Numbered from the whole stretch's first letter, positions 1 through 13,057 are shown. The stretch: DNA of 63,287 nt, filler included, from Collodictyon triciliatum (GCA_043381765.1; 6 parts of 6 records of this genome joined end to end with filler, not necessarily neighbours in it); one strand, 5' to 3'. The notes: generated by a model not told the origin, from the letters alone. A program made the numbers and translations.

Positions 1-258
1 TTTTTCTTTTTTCTTTTTTCTTTTTTCTTTTTTCTTTTTTCTTTTTTCTTTTTTCTTTTTTCTTTTTTCTTTTTTCTTTTTTCTTTTTTCTTTTTTTTCT
101 TACTAGACCCGGATGGATCAAGCAGGCGTACGGACGGCCGGCTGGATGGCACTTTCATTTCTCTTCCTTCTTTCATGTTAGAAGGTTTTCAATGCACATG
201 GCAGACAAGCAGACAACACACGCCAAGGCTCCTTCGAACTTCACTCTTTTTCCAATTT

Positions 259-843
259 TCAAATAGAGTTATTTTCAACAGAAAAATGACACATTTGCAC
301 AATCTTCAAGACTTTGGGTTGTTTGAATCTTGAAATTATGCTGTGCTGTAGTGACGGCAGATGACGCACAAAGCAGCCACAAATATATAATTGGATATAA
401 TAATTTCTATAAGTGGATAAATGTGTAATTTCGCTTGAATCTGTCAAGTGTGTCCCCATATTGTCGCAAATTCGAGATTTCTGGGCTGGAAAATAATATC
501 CGGGTAATTTCAAATATGGAATTTATAATTAACATCTTCAAAATTTTTACTGAAATATTTCTTACCAATCCCATGGCACTATTAACAATATATATATATA
601 TATGTTTGCAACATAATTATTTTAGCTATGATAGTAAACTTTGCGTCTTATGTTCTCTTCCTAAATCTACTTAACTTAAGTGTCGCTTTACTTTTTTTTC
701 TCATGAAAGCGTATGAAAGTGATATGGCCACAACCTAGACTGCGGTGATGTAATAATCAGGAATATTGTGCTCACCTTTTCATTTGGTGCGCTTGTCTAT
801 TACTACCTAGCGAAACAAATCCTACATATAGGTGAAGATTATG

Positions 844-942
<99 letters not shown>

Positions 943-1990
943 TGCTATAGCGAGAGATAATAATGTGCTATAGCGACAGATACTTTAAAGATCAGTACAC
1001 CTTAATTGTAAATTTTTTCTTGTATGAAGCAAATCTTGGGTTGATGAAAATAACACAAGTAGTGTTCTGGAATGTCGATACCTACTGGCAAAGGATAACA
1101 AGCGGGCAGATTCTTCATATAACAACACAAAACTTGAAAAGGCCGGGATATAATAAGGCAATTAGCTCAATTTTGGTGCGGTAATTGTATTTGTTACAGA
1201 TTTATGCCATTTTTTTCTAATTTTCTGTCTCTTGGAATGCACTTCAAAAAGCAAATGAAAAAAATTGGTCGAATGAGATAAAGAAAAGCATGCGAATAGC
1301 TTCACAGCTGGTTCACATTATTAAAACGGAAATTGAGAATAGAATCTGCATTACAAATATTCCAATAATCGAGATATCCAGTGTCTATGATTTAATTAAA
1401 AATGTGAATATTAATGCCAAAAATAGAGGTTACCACATAACGCAGTGCAAAGATTAGCCAAAACAATTAAAATATACCCCATAGGTATTGTTGCACTAGA
1501 CTGTATACAAGGTGAATATGAATTAGTATTTTATTTATCTCAAGATATCATTTTATCAGTGAATTTTTTCTATCGAGAGTAAACGAATTTAAGGCAAAAA
1601 AATATATCTAGAGATTCTTAATTCAAATCTTGCTTTAAAAACTGGATGGCGAAGGTAGCAGTGAAGATGGTTTTTTTTACACCCAATACAGAAATTTTTA
1701 TTTCTACAAAAATTGTGGCATGTAGATTGAACTTTACTTAATAATCTAGATAAAATGAGTAAAAGTTCATTTTAAGCTACACCTTTTAAGCTCATAGAAA
1801 CGTGTATCAAGTTTTCATTACAATGAAGAAAAAACCTCATCTCCAGTTTTATTCTGTACTTTCTCTATAGGAATAAACTAGGCAATCCTAACCCAGACTT
1901 TGAAAAAAAAATAAAAGGAATATGCAGCTGGAATTGTTGTGAAAGTACCAGCCCGTTGTCATTTTTCTCGGTTTTTTGCGCATCTGAAAG
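259..1990 (-). CDS. Possible multi-exon gene of unknown product
   Basis: Several short minus-strand segments bounded by AG/GT with open frames (e.g. QAHQMK|SLGCGHITFIRFHEKK). No recognisable domain; gene model not resolved. Confidence 0.2.
843..941. repeat. (TAA)n microsatellite
   Basis: Perfect trinucleotide run. Confidence 0.95.
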
Positions 1991-2378
1991 TCTTGACTTG
2001 TGCTTAGGCGCGTGGCTGTCGATACAATAGAAAGATAAATGACATAGTTTAGTTGGATTTTGGATTTTATATGATTTAATAAATAGATTATATGTTTTTA
2101 CACTGAATTCTAATGCTCATTATAATTTTTTGTATATTTTCCATAGTTAGATTCATTCAAAGAATCTTGGTCTGAATTGATGTGTTGGATTCGGGCTTAT
2201 ATCCTTCCGTCCAAAGATAACAGCGAAAACCAGAACAAAGCTGAAGGCAACTTGTTCCGAGTGTTTCCGTCTGCCAAGGATTCTGTCGCCTTCGCCCAAC
2301 ATTTGCCACCACTTCTGCCTCTTTGCATTAACTGAATGGCTTTACCTAGTAAACATTCAATATAAATGCTTCTTAGTA

Positions 2379-5300
2379 ATGAGCGTATCATTAACCATGC
2401 TTATTCATGCAGCCGCTGAGCACGCCAGGGTGGTTGGTTCTTTTGATCGCTTTAGTATGTCTGACGATCTTGAACATCTACGAGGGTTGGGAGAGTATAT
2501 AGGACTGTCTGAAACTGGAGCTCTTTTAGGCCTTACGTCAGTGCATGTTTGCCTCAAAAACCTTGCCTTTGTGCCTCCTGGTGTTTTCGTTTTGACTCGT
2601 CTAATTTGCTTGAACATTTCTTTCAACCAAATATCATCATTGCCACCAGAGATCTCCTCGCTAACTTGCCTCAATCAGCTTCTAATTAACAACAATCAGC
2701 TGACATCCATACCTCCAGAAATGTCTTTGTTAGTAAGCCTCGCATACTTAGATGTCAGCTGGAACCAATTATCCGTATTACCTCCAGAGATATCTTGTTT
2801 GACAAAACTTTTGAGTTTAAACGTTGGGGGTAACCAAATATCATCATTGCCACCAGAGATCTGCTCGCTGACTTGCCTCAATCAGCTTCTAATTAACAAC
2901 AATCAGCTGATATCCATACCTCCAGAAATGTCCTCGCTAACTTGCCTCAATCAGCTTCTAATTAACAACAATCAGCTGAAATCCATACCTCCAGAAATGT
3001 TGTTGTTAGTAAGCCTCGCATGCTTAGATGTCGGCTGGAACCAATTATCAGTATTACCTCCAGAAATATCTTGTTTGACAAAACTTTTGAGTTTAAACGT
3101 TGGGGGTAACCAAATATCCATATTACCTCCAGAAATCTCCTCGCTGACTTGCCTCAATCAGCTTCTAATTAACAACAATCAGCTGATATTCCTACCTCCA
3201 GAAATGTCGTTGTTAGTAAGCCTCACATACTTAGATGTCGGCTGGAACCAATTATCCATATTACCTCCAGAGATATCTTGTTTGACAAAACTTTTGAGTT
3301 TAAACGTTGGGAGTAACCAAATATCCATATTACCTCCAGAAATATCTTTGCTTACTTGCCTCAATCAGCTTCTAATTAACAACAATAAGCTGATATCCAT
3401 ACCTCCACAGATCTCCTCGCTGACTTGCCTCAATCAGCTTCTAATTAACAACAATAAGCTGATATCCATACCTCCACAAATATCTTGTTTGACAAAACTT
3501 GTAAATTTAGATGCTGGAGGAAACCAAATTTCCTCATTCAGGCCAGAAATATCACGTTTATCAAGCATTACACATCTTTGTGTTAAGAAAAATGAATTGT
3601 CATTCATACCTGAAGAAATATCATCGCTGGCTATCCTTGTTAGCTTTGATATTGGCTTCAATCAAATATCTTACTTGCCCCCAGAGATATCTCATTTGAA
3701 AGATCTCACTCAGTTTTACATCAACAGTAACCAACTGTCCTCCATTCCAGATGAAATCTCATGCCTGTCCAATCTCAAGGAACTCCATGTCCAATGCAAT
3801 CCGGTCAGTTACTTTGTTTCCATTTGAATAAATTGTTACTAATGTTTTGTACTTAGATATTGGAGCTCCCTGCGCAAATAACGGTGCTGAAGAACCTGCA
3901 TAGGTTCAATATTGAGCATGAAGGCCATATTTATGTAAGGAGAGCCCCTCGTGGAATCACAAACCTCCCATGCTGGAGTAACAAAGAGTTTCCACTCCAA
4001 TTTGGTTTGTTCTACGTGACATTCTCTGATATGCTCCGAAAACTCGAACTTTGTAGCGAGGTAAACATTGCAAGATATTTAAATGAAGGCCAACAGCTCA
4101 CCGTTTGATACCAGGTCGAACTTCGAGAAAGAAAACTCTTTGAATCCAGATCCCATCTGCCGGGCGCTGCAACAGGTGAAGTTTAACTCTCTTTTTCATA
4201 GTTCCTTTTCTTTTCGTTCTCTTTTTTCTCTTTTTCTCTTTTTTTCTCTTTTTTTCTCTTTTTTTCTCTTTTTTTCTCTTTTTTCTCTTTTTTCTCTTTT
4301 TTCTCTTTTTTCTCTTTTTTCTTTTCTTTTTCTTTCTTTTTCTTTCTTTTTCTTTCTTTTTCTTTCTTTTCTTTCTTTTCTTTCTCTTTTTTCTTTTCTT
4401 TCTTTTCTTTCTTTTCTTTCTTTTCTTTCTTTTTCTTTCTTTTTCTTTCTTTTTCTTTCTTTTTCTTTCTTTTTCTTTCTTTTTCTTTCTTTTTCTTTCT
4501 TTTTCTTTCTTTTTCTTTCTTTTTTTCATTTTCTCTTTTCTTTCTTTTCTTTCTTTTCTTTCTTTTCTTTCTTTTCTTTCTTTTCTTTTTCTTTCTTTTC
4601 TTTTTCTTTCTTTTTTTCCTTTTTTCTCTTTTTTCTTTTCTTTCTTTTCTTATATCATTCTTATATTTTCATTCTTATATTTTCATTCTTTTTTGCTTTA
4701 TTTTTATGTTTTACGATTTCACAATTCATAGAAATTATTATTTATGTCTCATGTTCGTAGACGAAACCCTTTTTTCTGGGAAATACGCAGATATTCACTC
4801 TAGAGATTTCGAAAAGAGAGAAAATGTCCTTGGAATCAGCGGAACAGCCCTCGTCTTTAAGGTCCGACTCAAAGAGGGGGTATTTTCTGTGAGAGTGGAG
4901 TCGAATGCACAGCTACGCTCCATCGTAGATGGTTCTGAGCCCCATAAAGAAGCCGAGCTGATGCAGAAATTAAGGCATCCTCACATACTGGCTCTATTTG
5001 ACTTCGGGTATCGCAGAACAGACTTTCTTTCAATTATGGAGTTTGCAGACGGTGGAGACTTATGCACGTATATTAAAAAGAACAAAGCACTGGGAAGTGA
5101 GATGACGATGAGACATGGATTGCAAATCATTAAAGGCTTGGTTTTTTTGCATTCTCAAAGTCCAGCTATCCAACACCATAATATAAAAACTGAAAACGTC
5201 ATGCTGGTAAATGGCGTTGCAAAGTTGACAAACTTTGAGGTATCTAACACTCGTGCCTTATCTAACTTCAAGAGCAAATATTTTGGTTCAGAGAACTGGT

Positions 5301-8300
5301 CACCGCCTGAGGTGTTTGATTTTACAAAAAGCACTGGATTGACAAGCGATGTTTACTCTTTTGGTGTTGTTCTGTGGTCTATGTTGACGGGTGAGTATCC
5401 ATATGAAGGGGCATCTATGGGAGAAGTTGGAGCCAAGATAATGAGCGGTGCTTTGCTTCCCCTCCCGCGTGTTTGTCCTGTCAACCTCGCTAATCTTATA
5501 CATAAGTGTTGGGAGAGGGACTATGAGAGGCGCATTAGTGCCATACATGCTGAAGTCGAGTTGGATTACGTGATTGCTAATCCTGTTGTACTCCCCATTT
5601 TTTCCAGGACAGCCCCCGTGAGAGGTATGACACCCCAAAATCTGTTGAAATATTTGGAGGCTAAAAATGCAAACCCACGACTCGTGCAATTTTGCTTACA
5701 GAACTCTGTTACTGGCTCAGAACTGCTTGATATAACCGAGGAAGAACTAATAACCTTTATCCCTGAACTCAAGCCCTTTCAAGTGCGGTCTATTTTCAAA
5801 ATTATCGAGGAGGCCAGGCGCACACAGGCGCCGACGATACAAGCTTCAGCGCTCCACCTTGATGGAAGAATACCAGAAACGACACCTTTTTCAGTACTTG
5901 TTTCACAGCCGGAACTATTCTCATTCGAGTCCACCTTGCAACAAACTTTGGACTTAGGTGCTAACCTGGCCGGCACTTCTGGTAATTCATCCAGAATTGC
6001 CCAAAAAAATATATCAATTACACAAGGATCAACCACCACTTCTCTCGGGCACGCAACAATTGCACCGACGGCACAAATAGCCACAGCCAATTATGTCAGC
6101 TCATCAAGAGTGGACAAAACAGCAGCCTCAACTCCATTAACTTTTGGTGGAGCCCCGTCGGCAACAGCAGCCTCAACCCCATCAACATTCTCGTTTGGAA
6201 ATGTTAATTCATCAAGACATAGTAAACCCAAGGCGTCCTCCGCCACACAGCCTCCTGCTTTCTCACCTATCGGCGGTGCGTTATCCGGCATTAGTGCGGC
6301 CTTCTCTCTTCCATCCACAATGTCGACCCCACTTACTTTTGGCGGAGCCCCGTCGGTAACAGCAGCTTCAACCCCATTAACTTTTGGTGGAGCCCCGTCG
6401 GCAACAGCAGCCTCAACTCCATTAACTTTTGGTGGAGCCCCGTCGGCAACAGCAGCTTCGACCCCATTAACTTTTGGTGGAGCCCCGTCGGCAACAGCAG
6501 CCTCAACCCCATTAACTTTTGGTGGAGCTCCGTCGACAACAGCAGCTTCGACCCCATTAACTTTTGGTGGAGCCCCGTCGGCATCCACAACGTCGACCCC
6601 ATTAACTTTTGGCGGAGCCCCGTCGACAACAGCAGCCTCAACCCCATTAACTTTTGGTGGAGCCCCGTCGACAACAGCAGCCTCAACCCCATTAACTTTT
6701 GGTGGAGCCCCGTCGGCAACAGCAGCCTCAACCCCATTAACTTTTGGTGGAGCCCCGTCGACAACAGCAGCCTCAACTCCATTAACTTTTGGTGGAGCCC
6801 CGTCGACAACAGCAGCCTCAACCCCATTAACTTTTGGTGGAGCCCCGTCGACAACAGCAGCCTCAACCCCATTAACTTTTGGTGGAGCCCCNNNNNNNNN
6901 NNNNNNNNNNNNNNNNNNNNNNNNNNNNNNNNNNNNNNNNNNNNNNNNNNNNNNNNNNNNNNNNNNNNNNNNNNNNNNNNNNNNNNNNNNNNNNNNNNNN
7001 NNNNNNNNNNNNNNNNNNNNNNNNNNNNNNNNNNNNNNNNNNNNNNNNNNNNNNNNNNNNNNNNNNNNNNNNNNNNNNNNNNNNNNNNNNNNNNNNNNNN
7101 NNNNNNNNNNNNNNNNNNNNNNNNNNNNNNNNNNNNNNNNNNNNNNNNNNNNNNNNNNNNNNNNNNNNNNNNNNNNNNNNNNNNNNNNNNNNNNNNNNNN
7201 NNNNNNNNNNNNNNNNNNNNNNNNNNNNNNNNNNNNNNNNNNNNNNNNNNNNNNNNNNNNNNNNNNNNNNNNNNNNNNNNNNNNNNNNNNNNNNNNNNNN
7301 NNNNNNNNNNNNNNNNNNNNNNNNNNNNNNNNNNNNNNNNNNNNNNNNNNNNNNNNNNNNNNNNNNNNNNNNNNNNNNNNNNNNNNNNNNNNNNNNNNNN
7401 NNNNNNNNNNNNNNNNNNNNNNNNNNNNNNNNNNNNNNNNNNNNNNNNNNNNNNNNTTAACTTTTGGTGGAGCCCCGTCGGCAACAGCAGCCTCAACCCC
7501 ATTAACTTTTGGTGGAGCCCCGTCGGCAACAGCAGCCTCAACCCCATTAACTTTTGGTGGAGCCCCGTCGGCAACAGCAGCCTCAACCCCATTAACTTTT
7601 GGTGGAGCCCCGTCGACAACAGCAGCCTCAACCCCATTAACTTTTGGTGGAGCCCCGTCGGCAACAGCAGCCTCAACCCCATTAACTTTTGGTGGAGCCC
7701 CGTCGGCAACAGCAGCCTCAACTCCATTAACTTTTGGTGGAGCCCCGTCGGCAACAGCAGCCTCAACCCCATTAACTTTTGGTGGAGCCCCGTCGGCAAC
7801 AGCAGCCTCAACCCCATTAACTTTTGGTGGAGCCCCGTCGGCAACAGCAGCTTCAACCCCATTAACTTTTGTTGCATCCACAGCAACACCAGCAGCCCCA
7901 ATCGCATTCTCATTTGGTGTGTCCACAACAACGCCCCAGGGAGCCATGCCCGCTACACAATCATCGCCTTTCGTATTTGGTGGGTCCACTGGAAACACTA
8001 GCGCCACCACAACGGCGGCTTTTCCTGCCTTCCAACCCTCAGGCACAACGGCAAATCTGCAGATGAACCCAGGCACACCCACGCCTGGTGCATCACAAGG
8101 GTTTCCCGGTTCTTTCAACCAGCAGATGACCACGAGCGCAATGGCCTTCCCAGGCAGTGCAAACTCATCGTTCTCGCTCTCAAACGTCCCCAACAGCCTA
8201 GGTTCGCCTTCCTTTACTGTTGGCTCGTCCGCTGGGCAGAAAAAGTCCTTCCGTGTGGACCGTTCGAAGCACACAAAGCCATCCGCATCAGGGTCATCAA

Positions 8301-8314
8301 ACTCTATGTTTTAG
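2379..8314 (+). CDS. LRR - TKL-like pseudokinase - SAM - FG-repeat fusion protein (exons 2379-3803, 3857-4060, 4115-4175, 4761-8314; about 1747 aa including the gap)
   Basis: Three GT-AG introns (3804-3856, 4061-4114, 4176-4760) join the LRR ORF to the kinase ORF in frame. Contains 23-aa LRRs (LxxLxLxxNxLxxLPxEI), kinase motifs (LRHPHIL, MEFADGGDL, SDVYSFGVVLW, CW..D...R), a SAM-like segment at about 5618-5812 and PLTFGGAPSATAAST repeats. Confidence 0.85.
2600..3520 (+). repeat. Coding 69-bp LRR tandem units with a 207-bp higher-order triplet
   Basis: Near-identical nucleotide units such as acttgcctcaatcagcttctaattaacaacaat recur many times. Confidence 0.9.
4190..4650. repeat. Intronic CT-rich low-complexity tract
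   Basis: (TTTC/TTTTC)n inside intron 4176-4760. Confidence 0.9.
6120..7870 (+). repeat. Coding 45-bp minisatellite (PLTFGGAPSATAAST), interrupted by an assembly gap at 6892-7456
   Basis: Unit ccattaacttttggtggagccccgtcggcaacagcagcctcaacc: about 13 copies before the gap, 9 after it, plus one isolated copy near 6134. Confidence 0.95.
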
Positions 8315-9015
8315 TCTTTGTGTTGGCCAGGGCACTTTTGTCGTTTCTTGTGAGCAGTCACCATGCATTTTACTCGTCCACAGATAAAGGAAGTACGAGG
8401 TGCCAAACAAAAGCATATGTTTCATCTCTCAGCGCATCCATTGTGATAGCGAATGACGCTTGTAGATGATTCCACAGCAATCCAGAACGGAATCCACCCC
8501 ATTATTGCACTCTGGTTGGCTGGCGATGCTGGTGCTACCAATCCATCGGTCTTGCTCATCTTTTTATCCTTTGATTTCTCTTCTTCTCTTCGTCACCTAT
8601 TATGCTCGAACCCCCCTTTGTCAGCCAACATGGAGAATACAAATGTGGCTTTGATAAATAAATAAATAACAGTTAACCCCATTGACTGATCACTCCAGAA
8701 CATTCCACCGCCACCACCACAAATCCACACTGCTTCCACTTTTTCTTCCTCCATTGAGAACATGTACATTTTCGATTGATTGGGGCGTCCGTGTGGAGTT
8801 GTGTCTGGTCCTGACGAGAAAACATATGACCCTTTGCGAAAATACTTTTTTTCGTGCATTCATACACAAACTCTTGTGTGTTTCCCCCACTTCATTTTGT
8901 GATGTCTTGCTGATAACCATGGCTTTTGGGGTTCCGGAGCAGCATCATTCCAATAATACTGGAAGAAGCAAAGATAAAGAAATAAGGAGTGGCAAAACAG
9001 GTTTCTGCTCCTCCT

Positions 9016-9051
<36 letters not shown>

Positions 9052-9066
9052 TCTTCTCCTGTTCAT

Positions 9067-10706
9067 TCACGCGACTATGATGGAAAGCATGTCTTGAATG
9101 GGCTGCTGCTGGTAGACAATGAAGAGGTGATTTGTGTCGTACTCCTGAATACTAGCAGGGTTGAGGAGGCTGCAGCTGCGGGCGCTCTCTGCAGTGACGA
9201 GGCCATCTCCATCCACATATGTGACGGTCGGCTTCTCTGTCATGGCGGCTGTTATGGATGCATCAAGGATTGGATTAGACTCAGGAAGCACAGTGGATTC
9301 ATCGGCCTCTTATGGAATCGTACTGGATGTGTAGGCAAATTGGAACGGTGTGCGCACGCCAACCGCAACGAAGCAGTGCAGAGGGACGCCGGGTGGGGTG
9401 AGTCGACCAGTCACGGCCAGAGTGTTTTGGTGGCTCGTGCTGACCTCCTGGATGGGAATGTGATGAGGATGCGATGAGGAATATGATGGAGATGTGATGA
9501 GGAATATGATGGAGATGTGATGGAGATGTGATGGAGATGTGATGGAGATGTGATGAGAATGTGATGAGAATGTGATGAGAATGTGATGGAGATGTGATGG
9601 AGATGTGATGGAGATGTGATGGAGATGTGATGGAGATGTGATGGAGATGTGATGGAGATGTGATGGAGATGTGATGGAGATGTGATGGAAATGTGATGGA
9701 AATGGATTATTTCTTTCTGATAAAGAAGTTAATTCAGCTCATTCAAAATAAAGCAGAATAACGCAGAATAACTCAACAAACAGGGATGCCAAGATCTCTG
9801 AAAAGCTCATTGAACTGGGTTGAGTTGTAAGACCGGCTGGGGTTTGTCACAAAGTTGACATTATTGTAGACGGGTGTGGGAAGGAACCAATGTGCAGAAC
9901 CTGTGAGGAGTGACGGTGATGATTATTACTTTTTTAAGCTTCATTAATTATTCCTTTAAATTTGTGTGTGGTGCGATATTATTGATAGTTGTGTTGGTGC
10001 CAAATAGGATGATGCAAACCCCATCCACGGGAGATATCGCGAGAGAGCTCCTGGAAACTGGCCAGTGGAGAAACGCCAGATACCTGAAGCAACGAATTTT
10101 CCAATATGGTTTCCTTTCATTTCCTTTCCTCTTTTCTTTAAAATGAAATGAAACAAAATAATAATCAAGATGCTTAAGCAAATATTCGCGTACCAAAAGA
10201 CGAACAGACAGAGCAGCGCCCATGTAGAGGGGCGTGATGGCGATGTGACCCTTGATGTATGTATCCTTCCATGCTTGGGTGCGAGTCAACAGAAAATAGT
10301 AGTTCATCAGGGTTCCTAATATAAATATTTGTTTTCATAAATTGTTCGATGCTATTATTTTTCATTTTTACTTTCTTTTTAAAAAAACAAAAACAAAAAC
10401 AATAGCATCGTCTTCTGGACATCAGACGGACGTATAATGGAAAGCAAAGTAACGTACGCATATAAGTATTTTTCGTGTAAATAATGATGGGAATGATGTT
10501 GTAAGACACAAACCCATGCTGTGTCCGACAAGGACAACCTTGGAGCGTCCGTTAGCGGCGTAGGTCTCCTCAACGAGTCGGGCCACGCGGTCAAAGTAGC
10601 CGAGCTTGTCATGATAGTACCCAGGAAATACGAATTCATACTGGCGATTGATAAGGAAATGTATTTGTAAAAGAAATTGTCACGAAAATATGTGTCGGGC
10701 ATTGAA

Positions 10707-10804
<98 letters not shown>

Positions 10805-11808
10805 AATAATAATAATTGCTTTCGCTCTTACAGGAAGTCCTTTGATGTTTACATCGCGCGTGTATCCGATTTCTTCCAGAGCAGCAACGATGGGCGCGTA
10901 CATGGGCAAGCGGTTATTTGGGTCGAGATACTCGACTCCCTGTTGAGGATTATTACATATTATATAAAAAAGTTCTCAAAAGCGCCCAAAATGAATATGT
11001 TACCCCGAGACCACCAAAGTCCTTTGGGGAGACACTAACACCTTCGTGTGTAATCAAGAAAACGTTATATAGACCCTTTGAGACTATGTAAACATATGAA
11101 TATGTCTATGTTCTGTACCTGACTTGTACGAGTAAGACCCTGTGCGAGAATCAAAAGTGGTGGAGATAGTATCGAAGAGACATTCCTGGGGAAGTTATGG
11201 AAGATGACATAAAATGATTCATTACAGTGCTTACTCCATGCACCTTTATCTTCAAAAGGTAGACAAACGGATGTAACGAGTGCATTTTCCATAGAAATCA
11301 CCTTTGGATATTGCAAAATGGGCTGCATTTGAAATGAATAGGGATAGTAATTCAAATAAAACTTCTTTTTGTATACTAACCACGGGCTGTTTCAGCGGGT
11401 TGAGGTTTGTGAGGTTCACCCAAAGTTGATGATAGTCCATTTGACGCGGGCAACGAATGTTGGGCACAGTCGCTTTTCGGTATTCAGCCATGATTGCGCT
11501 GGCAAGAAAACCTGTCACAGTGGAAACATGCATAGGATAATTAGCACAGGAGTAGATGTTTGCTAAATTATTATAAAAAAGAGAAATAAAGAGAAAATAT
11601 AAATTACAAATAAATTGAGCGTTTATTCTATTGTTATATTTTAAAAAAAATAAGGCAAAACAAAACAAGAAACAAGACTAGAAACAACCAGGCATCAAGA
11701 AAACTGGGTTTAGGGTGCGCTTTTCGACAGGGCCATTCTTTTCCAAGAACTTGCGAGCGGCTGTTCTGCCAATCACACGAGCCTCCTCCTCGGTTGGGAT
11801 CCTACCAT
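9067..11808 (-). CDS. LCAT / group XV phospholipase A2-like acyltransferase (multi-exon, 5' end unresolved)
   Basis: Exon translations PVFLMP|GFLAS, YHQLWVNL, YAPIVAALEEIGYTRDVNIKGLP, LSLSDTAW region (IIVGHSMG in the coding frame), AWKDTYIKGHIAI, VDGDGLVTAESARSC and a terminal His motif. Confidence 0.85.
9468..9704. repeat. 11-bp intronic minisatellite (GATGTGATGGA)n
   Basis: Tandem units with variants, inside an LCAT-like intron. Confidence 0.9.
10707..10815. repeat. (AAT)n intronic microsatellite
   Basis: Trinucleotide run. Confidence 0.95.
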
Positions 11809-11953
11809 GTATTATTATTATTATTAATATTATTTAAAAACCATATGAAAATCACATAGTAAAAGTGTTTATTGCCAAGAAGCTTATAACAAAAGAGAAC
11901 AAGAACAAATCAAAGTATTATGATAATATGTTGTTAACGCATGCACACAAAAT

Positions 11954-12105
<152 letters not shown>

Positions 12106-12205
12106 NNNNNNNNNNNNNNNNNNNNNNNNNNNNNNNNNNNNNNNNNNNNTTAATTAATTAANNNNNNNNNNNNNNNNNNNNNNNNNNNNNNNNNNNNNNN
12201 NNNNN
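12106..12205. other. Artificial contig linker N-TTAATTAATTAA-N
   Basis: 100-base N-padded six-frame stop linker; the same linker occurs at 24307-24406, 36503-36602, 48690-48789 and 60874-60973. Confidence 0.95.
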
Positions 12206-12417
12206 AAAAAAGAAAAAGAAAAAAAGAAAAAAAGAAAAAAAGAAAAAAAGAAAAAAAGAAAAAAAGAAAAAAAGAAAAAAAGAAAAAAAGAAAAAAAGAA
12301 AAAAAAGAAGAAAACTTAATAGAATAATAACAAATTTTTTTTCTACTAAGGGGCTGCGTCTTTGACGTTCTTTGTTGCAGATTCCATTAAACCGGTTGTT
12401 TAATCGTGGTCAGGTGA

Positions 12418-12993
12418 ATGACAGCAAAGACCATCAAAGCCGTGTTCTTTGACCTGGGCGGGGTTGTGCTTGACTCTCCCTTGCACATGATTGCAGCCTA
12501 TGAGAAGAGAAGCGGTTAGTATGCAAAAAAAGAGCAGCACTACTTATAATACACGTTATAGCTTCATCGTGAGAACATACAAAGAACACCAACAGCTGCA
12601 GCGTTTTATAGCTTGCTTACTTTATTCGCGCATATCCATTCATGTTTTGTTTTGTTTTGTTTCGTTTTGTTTTGCTTCTCTCTTTTCGACATACGCGCAC
12701 TTATTCAATATCACACGAAAAGGCATTCAGCACAACTACATCAACCGAAGAATATTTCTATCTGGAAGCGAAGGAGGCTGGGCCAAGTTGGAAACAGGGA
12801 GATACACGGTTGAGCAGTTCTGCGACGAGTTTGATGCCCTATGCAAGGCAGAAGGAGTAAACGTGAGGTTTCATGAAGCAATATACGGTCATATTTTACA
12901 CATTTTAGGCATCCAAAGCGAGTTTTTACAACACAGGGCTTTCTTTAATAACTTTCCTTCTTCTTTCTTTCTTCTTTCTTCTTTCTTCTTTCT

Positions 12994-13057
<64 letters not shown>

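Noticed and set aside
4083-4760. Phe/Ser-rich and Lys/Arg-rich ORFs
   Set aside because: Translations of an intronic CT microsatellite. The same applies to the poly-N/I/L/K/F ORFs at 768, 10677, 11865, 26019, 31348, 36168, 39035, 48470 and 60032.
6120-7870. 45-bp tandem array as a CRISPR array
   Set aside because: No unique spacers; units are contiguous, in frame and coding in a eukaryotic exon.
6091-8274. 727-aa and 532-aa antisense ORFs over the FG array
   Set aside because: Shadow frames of a stop-free repeat plus an N gap; the plus-strand frame is continuous with the kinase.
12150-12161. Recurrent TTAATTAATTAA as a biological motif
   Set aside because: Always centred in N padding; it is an artificial six-frame stop linker.
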